Below, in pieces: positions 37,849 through 44,556 of a DNA stretch of 44,556 bases. The notes below the pieces were generated by a model. It had not been told where the DNA came from, ran no database searches, and worked only from the letters and a program-made list of their open reading frames with translations. The translations under genes were made by a program, and so were the position numbers. Location of the stretch: positions 1 through 44,556 of the forward strand of contig JBMSQQ010000018.1 in the NCBI GenBank assembly GCA_049423385.1. Reading direction: 5' to 3'. This DNA is from Silvanigrellaceae bacterium (lineage in GTDB: Bacteria; Bdellovibrionota_B; Oligoflexia; Silvanigrellales; Silvanigrellaceae). The number at the start of each line of letters is the position of its first letter. The first letter of the stretch is position 1.

Positions 37849-40313
37849 CAGAAGAGGATTCCCAAGGCACCCGTCAACGCAAAGGGTGCACTGAAGTCGG
37901 TGCCACCCCGACCATCACTTCCGACAATCGAAAAGTTCTTGAGCTGAAGGTCGAACAAATATTTCCTTGCCATGAAAAAACGACTGCCAATGGCAAAACT
38001 TGCCATTGGACTGGTCTGGGCAATTGGAGTGGGACGCCCCGAGAGACCATATTTGTTTTCGTCGGTCGTTCCGACATCTTTCATGTTCACTATTTTCCCA
38101 TCCACTTCCAAAGTGTCCTGGAGAGGATAAAAGTTGCTCATGGCAATTCCCGCTCCTGCGCTCAGGTAGAAATCCAGATAAACCACCTGCGACAAAAAGA
38201 AGAGCGACTTTCCGTAGACCGGAGTCCATTGATAGTTGGCCGCAACGACCGTACCAATTTCGCGGATTGGCATGTAGGCTGCATTTTTCTGAAATGGCGC
38301 GCGTTTCTCATAGTACTTTGGATTCTGAGCAACCTTGTCTGGATTCTTTGTCCCGGCATCCGGGTCCCCATAGTCGATTGGCAAATTTGCCGCATCCTTG
38401 GGTGCTGCGCGTGGGTCTGAGACCTGTGCACAGGGAAAAACCACGGGCTGATTTCGCCCGGCATAATCGGTGTCGAGATAAAAGTTTTCCACACATGTTC
38501 TGTCGAGCTTGTCCGTCGAACTGCCCAACAGAAATTCCACGTTGAGTGCGTTCCATTCGTCGAAATGATAGGTCGCGCCACCACCAAACAAAACGGTATT
38601 CACGAACGACTGGTTGAGAATAAGGCCACCTCCACCACTGAGCTGAAAACGACCTTTTTTGGGATAGAACTTGCCCTTGACGACCTCATTCCCCTCGACT
38701 GACTTTCGATAGTCTGCCTGTGCTGGACGAGGAGCGAGTGCAGCCAGAGTCCCGAGAACCATCAAAAGTGCTGCAAGCAGGGCGCCCTTTTTACCGCCTC
38801 CGGTTTTGCTTCCCGCGCTGCCCACTTTCGATGCGGCCGTGACGGTCCCCGGAGTTTGAATCATGTTCAGAGTCTGGGGATAAACGGTGTGATTCAAAAA
38901 TCGCAGGCCCATGACGCATGAATTGCCAGCTTTGCCTCGCCCCATCGTGGGCATCAAAGGATGCATCTGTGTCGTTGGCTGGGCATTGAGAACAAGTGGT
39001 ACAACACAGTGGCGGCGGACGTTGAGAATTGTCGACTCGTTTTGCGAAAAGACGGATACCGCCCGCGCGCTCGCAAGGTCGTTCAAAGTCTGCACCGCTG
39101 CATCCATGCTTTCCACCGGAACAATGGCAACATCAGGAGCAAAAAAAGCGTTTGATGCGTAGACGCTGCTTTTGATCTTTTCATTTTTCATGAGGTGAAC
39201 GCCAGGCGAAACAAAATAGCCTCCACCCGGGTTGTCGATCGCCTTGCCCCAACGCAGCGTTTCGATGGATTCACGGGCAGCTATACCTTGAAAGCGCAAG
39301 AACCGATCCCAGGACGTCTGGCTGCACAAAGGCCCCATGACATGATGCGTTGAATCGGCCAAATCACTCTTGACACCAATGGGCATCTGTTTGACCGATT
39401 TGACGAACTTGTCGACAAACGCGTCGACAATGCGATGGTCCACGAATGCGAGACTCGTTGATTCAAGCCTCTGACCCGCATCAAGACAGGCACCCAAAAG
39501 AACTTTTTCAACGGCGTCATCGAGGTTGGCATCCGCTGCCACCACTGCAGCATTTTTTCCGCCTCCGCAGAGAACAAGGCGGACGTTCTGGTCGGTGGAC
39601 ATGTCCCTGCGCAGTTGCTCCAGTGACTCCTCACCACCTGTATAAAAGATCGTGTCGAATTGGTGTGAAAGCACGAGCCGACGATAGACTTCCAGGTCTC
39701 CGTAAACCACCTGGACAAGACCTGCCGCAGGATTGGCCTGATGGATGCAGCTGGCAATCAGGGACGCGGACAGTGGACAATGCGCGGATGGGCGAAATAC
39801 GACAGCATTTCCTGCTGCCAATGAAGTGAGAATACTGTAAAGCGCCGTGTACACCGGCAGTGCAACGTTCGTGCTGATCAGCACCAAACCCACTGCTGCA
39901 TAAGTCCAATTCCAACCCAATTCCGATTTTTGTGGCGAGAGCTCTTCGGAACAGTAGCGCGGCAGATTTTTAAAAACCTCTTCGCAAAGTTCCCATTCAT
40001 GATCGACGGCCCAGCGGGAGCGACCCAACTCGAGCATCATTTGGCTCTTCATCTCGTCGGCCGATTGTCTCATGTTTGAAATAATCGAATTTATGAATTG
40101 CATCCGTGAAGAAAGCGACTGCGCTGCAAACTGCAGTTGTGCCCGCTTTGCAGATTCAACAATCTCACCCACGAGATCCTTGTTCCAGCCGGTCACTGCC
40201 AGGATATCGAGCGGTTTCATCGGATTCACAGTGTGAAAAATCCGCTCAGGTTTCTCGAGCGCAAGAAACCTTCCATTGATGTAAGGCGAAAGAATTGTGG
40301 ATGACGTACCCAT
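37848..40313 (-). CDS. Fusion: degenerate aldehyde-dehydrogenase domain + internal signal peptide + outer-membrane beta-barrel
   Basis: ALDH motifs (AGNAVVFRPS, YTGG, LCGGGKNA, AGQRL, MGPL, GYFVSP, FAP); then KKGALLAALLMVLGTLAALAPRPAQA; then a barrel (VVKGKFYPKKGRFQL..WTPVYGK..LDFYL..GILF). Start set at ATG 40313 (SD GAGGA). Confidence 0.85.
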   Translation of the reverse strand: MGTSSTILSPYINGRFLALEKPERIFHTVNPMKPLDILAVTGWNKDLVGEIVESAKRAQLQFAAQSLSSRMQFINSIISNMRQSADEMKSQMMLELGRSRWAVDHEWELCEEVFKNLPRYCSEELSPQKSELGWNWTYAAVGLVLISTNVALPVYTALYSILTSLAAGNAVVFRPSAHCPLSASLIASCIHQANPAAGLVQVVYGDLEVYRRLVLSHQFDTIFYTGGEESLEQLRRDMSTDQNVRLVLCGGGKNAAVVAADANLDDAVEKVLLGACLDAGQRLESTSLAFVDHRIVDAFVDKFVKSVKQMPIGVKSDLADSTHHVMGPLCSQTSWDRFLRFQGIAARESIETLRWGKAIDNPGGGYFVSPGVHLMKNEKIKSSVYASNAFFAPDVAIVPVESMDAAVQTLNDLASARAVSVFSQNESTILNVRRHCVVPLVLNAQPTTQMHPLMPTMGRGKAGNSCVMGLRFLNHTVYPQTLNMIQTPGTVTAASKVGSAGSKTGGGKKGALLAALLMVLGTLAALAPRPAQADYRKSVEGNEVVKGKFYPKKGRFQLSGGGGLILNQSFVNTVLFGGGATYHFDEWNALNVEFLLGSSTDKLDRTCVENFYLDTDYAGRNQPVVFPCAQVSDPRAAPKDAANLPIDYGDPDAGTKNPDKVAQNPKYYEKRAPFQKNAAYMPIREIGTVVAANYQWTPVYGKSLFFLSQVVYLDFYLSAGAGIAMSNFYPLQDTLEVDGKIVNMKDVGTTDENKYGLSGRPTPIAQTSPMASFAIGSRFFMARKYLFDLQLKNFSIVGSDGRGGTDFSAPFALTGALGILF

Positions 40314-40399
40314 TGAGCGTGTCCTCAGAAAAATTTCCTGCACAGGCCTCTCAGGTCATGCTAAACGGTTTACTTCTGAAATGAAATTGGCGCGTTCCG

Positions 40400-41530
40400 T
40401 CAAGACCTGGAAATATTTTCCCAGATCTTGCGGTCGAGTGAAGTCGCGACGCTCCTTTCTGTGATGGATTTTGACACCCATCGGGATGAGGAGATGAGAT
40501 TCGGAAATTGCTCAGTAAGCCCTCTGATGAAATGGCCAGCAGCATCCAACTTGTTTTTCAAGCTGACATCAATGATTCCAACCTTGATCTGATGATTGGT
40601 TATGGTGTGGGAAACACTTTTATCAAGAACTCTTGAGCATTTGACATCAGCACTCCGGGCAAGCCAGTCCAAAAGCAGCTGCCTGTCGCTGCCAGCAAAA
40701 AGTGGAAAACCGACAGTATGAGACAAAAATCCGCCTGCCCGGCTGATGAGCAATATCGAATCGTCCGAATGCTGTTCATTGCTGAAGCAACAAACATTCA
40801 GCGCATCCAGTTCAACGGCCTCGAAGCTCTTGCGAGGCTTGGGAACAGGACAATCCTGAACCGATTGTTCACGATATGCCAAACAAAAACGACTGAGGGG
40901 ACACCCGCGACAGTCGGGTGACTGCTTCTGACATACTGTCGCCCCCAGTTCCATCATCCCTTGATTGAAGTCACCCGGACGTTCACTGTTGATACAGCTG
41001 TCGACCAAGCTCTGAATCCTCGACTTGCCAACTTCACTCCAGATTTCGGGCGAAGAACAGCCTGTCAGTCGAGCAACAACCCGAATCACATTTCCATCCA
41101 CACAACCTTTTGGAGTCGAAAAACAGATGCTCGAAATAACACTGGCCGTGTATGGACCTACCCCAGGAACCTTCAACCATTCTTCATAAGACCCCGGAAA
41201 AACACCGTCGCGTTCCGTGACGATATACGTTGCACCCTTTCGCAAGTTTCGCGCGCGTGCGTAATAGCCAAGGCCCGACCACAGCTCGCGAAGAGTTTCA
41301 TCCGAACAGGTTGCCAATTGAGAAACGGATGGGAGGGCTTTGATGAACTCGACAAAGCGGGGAACAACCACTGCCATCGTGGTTTGTTGACTCATGACCT
41401 CGCAGATCCACGTACCGTATACCGTTTTTTCTCGTCGCCAGGGAAAATCACGCTTGTTGACATCATACCAATTCAACAATGCGTCAACCCAAACAGGATC
41501 TTCACGAAGATGCGCGTCATCCAAAAACAT
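40400..41530 (-). CDS. mutY: A/G-specific adenine DNA glycosylase
   Basis: RDFPWR, EVMSQQT, WSGLGYYARARNL, VPGVGPYTA, VDGNVIRV, Fe-S motif CQKQSPDCRGCPLSRFC. Confidence 0.95.
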   Translation of the reverse strand: MFLDDAHLREDPVWVDALLNWYDVNKRDFPWRREKTVYGTWICEVMSQQTTMAVVVPRFVEFIKALPSVSQLATCSDETLRELWSGLGYYARARNLRKGATYIVTERDGVFPGSYEEWLKVPGVGPYTASVISSICFSTPKGCVDGNVIRVVARLTGCSSPEIWSEVGKSRIQSLVDSCINSERPGDFNQGMMELGATVCQKQSPDCRGCPLSRFCLAYREQSVQDCPVPKPRKSFEAVELDALNVCCFSNEQHSDDSILLISRAGGFLSHTVGFPLFAGSDRQLLLDWLARSADVKCSRVLDKSVSHTITNHQIKVGIIDVSLKNKLDAAGHFIRGLTEQFPNLISSSRWVSKSITERSVATSLDRKIWENISRS

Positions 41531-41572
41531 AAAAGTCCGGCCTCGGTTCTTGGGGAACTTCCGCCGGACTTT
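41528..41572 (-). terminator. Hairpin after the H1-like gene, abutting the mutY ATG
   Basis: Minus strand AAAGTCCGGC..GTTC/GAAC..GCCGGACTTT-T-ATG-TTTTT. Confidence 0.6.
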
Positions 41573-41600
41573 CTATAGTGGGTAGATTAAAACGGCAAGA

Positions 41601-42053
41601 TCAGAGCTGGCCGCCTTCTCCCATCATTGATTCAGAAGCAGTTGCTGATTTGGCAGAGCCCTTGCGTGGACGACCACGACGGTGAGTCTGACGGAGCTTT
41701 TCAAGCTTGCTCGGACGACCGCGTTTCTTGGGGGCAGCTGCCTTTTTTGCTTTTCCAGCTTTCTTGGCTTTGCCAGCCTTTTTGGCCTTGCCGGCTTTTT
41801 TAGCTTTGGTTGCCTTGGCAGCTTTCTTCTTGGCAGGCTTTTTTGCAGCTGCCTTCTTCACGGTTTTCTTGACCGTCTTCTTGGCAACCTTTTTGGCCGC
41901 TGGTTTTTTAGCAGCAGTCTTCTTTTTCACTGCCTTCTTCGCCGCAGGCTTCTTTGCTGCAGGCTTCTTTGTCACCTTCTTTGCTGCAGGCTTCTTTGTC
42001 ACCTTCTTTGCCTTCGCTGCTTTCTTTGGAGCAGCCTTCTTAACCTCTGCCAT
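41601..42053 (-). CDS. Histone H1-like (Hc2/AlgP-like) Lys/Ala-rich protein with two AT-hooks
   Basis: KKPAAKK/KAKKAG repeats; KKRGRPSK and RRGRPRK; SD AAAGGAG. Confidence 0.88.
   Translation of the reverse strand: MAEVKKAAPKKAAKAKKVTKKPAAKKVTKKPAAKKPAAKKAVKKKTAAKKPAAKKVAKKTVKKTVKKAAAKKPAKKKAAKATKAKKAGKAKKAGKAKKAGKAKKAAAPKKRGRPSKLEKLRQTHRRGRPRKGSAKSATASESMMGEGGQL
41956..42009. repeat. Exact 27-bp tandem duplication within the H1-like gene
   Basis: GCTGCAGGCTTCTTTGTCACCTTCTTT x2 (KKVTKKPAA x2). Confidence 0.9.
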
Positions 42054-42197
42054 ACGATTCTCCTTTCCCTGAAATCTGGCACCAACGAATCAAATACATT
42101 TCGAATGATAAACTACGTCAAAAAAAAATGGTAGCGTTCGATGGAAAGCAACTCGTATTTTTTTTGCTTCGCAATTTCGTGGCTCTCGTGTCGCGTT

Positions 42198-42226
42198 GGT
42201 ATAGGCATCTCGATCATCGATGTCAA
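42198..42226 (-). promoter_or_regulatory. Likely sigma70 promoter of the H1-like gene
   Basis: TTGACA-17 nt-TATACC on the minus strand. Confidence 0.5.
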
Positions 42227-42281
42227 GAACACAACGCGAAGAAAATAAACGTTACTTTTGAAAACGATCGCAGAGAAAAAA

Positions 42282-43358
42282 ATGAAGAGAAAAGATCCTC
42301 AATCGATTGAAGACAAATCATTAACAATAGGTCTCGTTTATGATGTGCCTCGCAAACTCAAGAGAAGCCAACAACACCCCTTCCCGGATTTTGCTGAAGC
42401 GGAATGGGAAACAACAGAAACGTTGAACCGGATCTCCGAAAGTTGGAATCAACTTGGTTATCGGGTGATCGATTTGCCGCTGGATAATTCTTTCCTCGAT
42501 CGCTGGAGCAAATTGAATCGAGAACTCGATTTGGTCCATACCTTGGTTGAAGGCTGGGGAAGCTTGTCCCGCGAAGCTTGGATTCCTTCCCTTTGTGAAC
42601 TGTCCGGGATCCCCTACATCGGCAGCAACCCATACGCACAGTGTGTTGCCATGAGGAAAAGTACTTTCAAATTGATTTGCAGACATCATGGTGTGCCCAC
42701 CACCCACTTTCACGTCATTCAAAACGAGAATGACCTGGATACCCTGCCCGATTCCTTTTTGCGTCATCGTTTGTTTATCAAGCCCGATTGTGAAGGGTCT
42801 GGCATGGGAATCGACGTGAGTCATTCCATTTCCGATTCTCCCGAGAAGACCAGGCAGACCTGCATAAGCATGCTCAAGGACTTCCCGGATGGAATCATCC
42901 TTGAGGAACTGCTCGAAGGAATGGAACTCACGTCCGCATTTCTCGGCCACAATGATTTGGAAATGCTGCCCATCGCACAAATTGAAGTTTCAGGTGGGGT
43001 CTATGGCCTTGCCAACAAAAGCAAAGAAGAAATGGGCGAGAAAGTGACCTTTCCGGAATTGCCACATATCGTTAGAACGACAATCGAAAGTGGAATGCAG
43101 ATTTTGCGCAGTCGCATCGGGCTCGAGGACTTCACGCGATTTGATTGGAAAATGAATGCCAAGGGAGTTCCCATGCTGCTCGAGGCAAACCCTCTGGCTG
43201 GTCTTTCATATTATTACAGTGTCCTGCCAAAAATGGCGTATTCGGCTGGGTACAATTACGAGACGTTTTTACAACGTCTCGCGCAGTCGGCGCTGGAACG
43301 GCAAAATGATCGCCGCTTCTGGTACGGCCGCCAAAGAATTCAACAAGCGAAAAATTAA
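42282..43358 (+). CDS. D-Ala-D-Ala ligase-like ATP-grasp enzyme (non-canonical subfamily)
   Basis: IGLVYD, VEGWGSLSREAWIPSLCELSGIPYIGS, IKPDCEGSGMGI, RFDW, LEANPLAGL. Confidence 0.8.
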   Translation: MKRKDPQSIEDKSLTIGLVYDVPRKLKRSQQHPFPDFAEAEWETTETLNRISESWNQLGYRVIDLPLDNSFLDRWSKLNRELDLVHTLVEGWGSLSREAWIPSLCELSGIPYIGSNPYAQCVAMRKSTFKLICRHHGVPTTHFHVIQNENDLDTLPDSFLRHRLFIKPDCEGSGMGIDVSHSISDSPEKTRQTCISMLKDFPDGIILEELLEGMELTSAFLGHNDLEMLPIAQIEVSGGVYGLANKSKEEMGEKVTFPELPHIVRTTIESGMQILRSRIGLEDFTRFDWKMNAKGVPMLLEANPLAGLSYYYSVLPKMAYSAGYNYETFLQRLAQSALERQNDRRFWYGRQRIQQAKN

Positions 43359-43390
43359 AAAAGACGTTTCTCGAAAGAAACGTCTTTTTT
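43357..43390. terminator. Bidirectional intrinsic terminator between convergent ddl-like and gap genes
   Basis: AAAAAAGACGTTTCT-CGAA-AGAAACGTCTTTTTT perfect inverted repeat. Confidence 0.85.
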
Positions 43391-43419
43391 CATTGACTCC
43401 GATTCTCAAGAACCAGATC

Positions 43420-44427
43420 TCAACGCTTTCCGGTTGCCACCAGACGAGTCAGGTCGATCATGCGATTGCTGAAGCCCATCTCGTTGTCATACCAGGACAG
43501 GATTTTGACCATGTTGTCGCCAATGACGGTTGTGTACTCGGCATCAACAACACTGGAGAAAGCGCTGCCGTTGAAATCGCAACTGACAAGAGGTTCGGTG
43601 CTGTAACCCAGAATTCCTTTGAGTCGACCTTCGGCTGCTGATTTCAGAGCTGCATTCACCTGCTCGGCAGTTGCAGTCTTTTCGAGCTCGAAAGTGACAT
43701 CCACAAGAGAAACGTTGGGAGTCGGAACGCGAACAGCAATGCCATGCAGTTTGCCCTTGAGAGAAGGGATGACCTCGGAAATTGCCTTGGCAGCACCCGT
43801 GCTTGTTGGAATCATGCTGAGCGCAGCCGCACGAGCTCTCCGCAGGTCGGAGTGGGGAAGATCAAGAATTCGCTGGTCGTTTGTGTAGGAATGAATGGTG
43901 GTCATCAATCCCTTGCGGATTCCAAACGCTTCATTGATCGTCAACGCCACTGGCGCAAGACAGTTGGTCGTACAGGAGCCGTTGCTGAGAACATTGTGCT
44001 CATTGAGATTGTATTCGCCGTCATTAACGCCAATCACAATGGTTTTGTCGACGGCTTTGCCAGGCGCACTCAGAATCACCTTGCGAGCGCCTGCACGAAT
44101 ATGGGTTGCGACTTCCTCGCCTTTCGTGAAGCGACCCGTGCATTCCAGCACGACATCGACCTTGTTCTGTCCCCAGGGAATTTCGGCTGGGTTGCTGATC
44201 GCCGTCACTTGAATGGACTTTCCGCCAATCACAAGAGCATTCTCACGGGCTTCAACCTGAGCCGCCACGGTTCCATGGACAGAATCATATTTGAAAAGGT
44301 GAGCGAGTGTGGCTGCATTGGTCAGATCGTTGATAAGAACCAGCTCGATGTCCTTCTGGGTTTGAAGAGCGCGAGCAACACAGCGGCCAATACGACCAAA
44401 ACCATTGATACCTACTCGAATTGTCAT
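43420..44427 (-). CDS. gap: Glyceraldehyde-3-phosphate dehydrogenase (type I)
   Basis: GINGFGRIGR, SNGSCTTNCLAP, IPTSTGAAKA, WYDNE. Confidence 0.98.
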   Translation of the reverse strand: MTIRVGINGFGRIGRCVARALQTQKDIELVLINDLTNAATLAHLFKYDSVHGTVAAQVEARENALVIGGKSIQVTAISNPAEIPWGQNKVDVVLECTGRFTKGEEVATHIRAGARKVILSAPGKAVDKTIVIGVNDGEYNLNEHNVLSNGSCTTNCLAPVALTINEAFGIRKGLMTTIHSYTNDQRILDLPHSDLRRARAAALSMIPTSTGAAKAISEVIPSLKGKLHGIAVRVPTPNVSLVDVTFELEKTATAEQVNAALKSAAEGRLKGILGYSTEPLVSCDFNGSAFSSVVDAEYTTVIGDNMVKILSWYDNEMGFSNRMIDLTRLVATGKR

Positions 44428-44556
44428 ATGCAGGATTCCTTTCTAAAGAATGGGAACTCATTACTTAAGGCGCCAAAAGAATCAATGCCGCGGATGCCGT
44501 TGCCGCCTGCCACGTGAGCCGACAGGCGATGGATTGTGCCCAGAATCAGGAGCATG

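Noticed and set aside
38137..38156. Short matches to the tRNA-Gly 3' end (TTCCCGCTCC here; CCCGCTCCA in rimP) as att sites
   Set aside because: Only 9-10 bp, inside coding genes, and no integrase; consistent with chance.
38862..38864. Internal ATG as the start of a separate OMP gene
   Set aside because: No evident SD and no upstream stop, so it was not annotated separately; it remains an alternative to test.
41682..42134. Plus-strand Phe/Ala/Leu-rich ORFs (41682-42134, 41707-42072) that look like membrane proteins
   Set aside because: Antisense shadows of the Lys/Ala repeats in the H1-like gene.

Overview
A 44.6-kb core-chromosome segment of a Gram-negative bacterium (lpxH, OMP beta-barrel). 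Several gene types (myxobacterial-style beta-barrel and STAS protein, Ddl-like ligase) suggest Bdellovibrionota/Oligoflexia or a related deltaproteobacterial-type lineage; this is inference. No integrase, transposase or CRISPR array is visible. Left to right: 3' end of a probable tRNA-Gly, XRE regulator, rarA, secreted hydrolase, Tat copper-storage protein, an ~11-kb minus-strand run (transcribed dacB-crp/fnr-ccmABCDE-ccmG-RNHCP-phosphatase-lpxH-FAD oxidoreductase-hypothetical-pepP), two-subunit fumarase, trxB, a secreted Cys-repeat protein, a yraN-like gene, a DnaA-box/AT-rich interval (candidate oriC), rimP-nusA-ylxQ-infB-rbfA-truB, valS-orn-LRR, PP2C/tRNA-Leu/STAS/PAS-GGDEF, DUF374, a TPR protein, an ALDH-OMP fusion with a coupled partner gene, mutY, a histone-H1-like AT-hook protein, a Ddl-like ligase and gap. 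Top leads: (1) one ORF encoding a catalytically substituted aldehyde-dehydrogenase domain, then an internal cleavable signal peptide, then an outer-membrane beta-barrel; (2) a candidate oriC with no dnaA nearby; (3) a Kt-7-like kink-turn in the nusA leader upstream of an L7Ae-family gene; (4) an H1/AT-hook nucleoid protein. All family calls come from motif recognition by eye, not database searches. Many start codons were moved from the ORF track using SD sites and gene overlaps.
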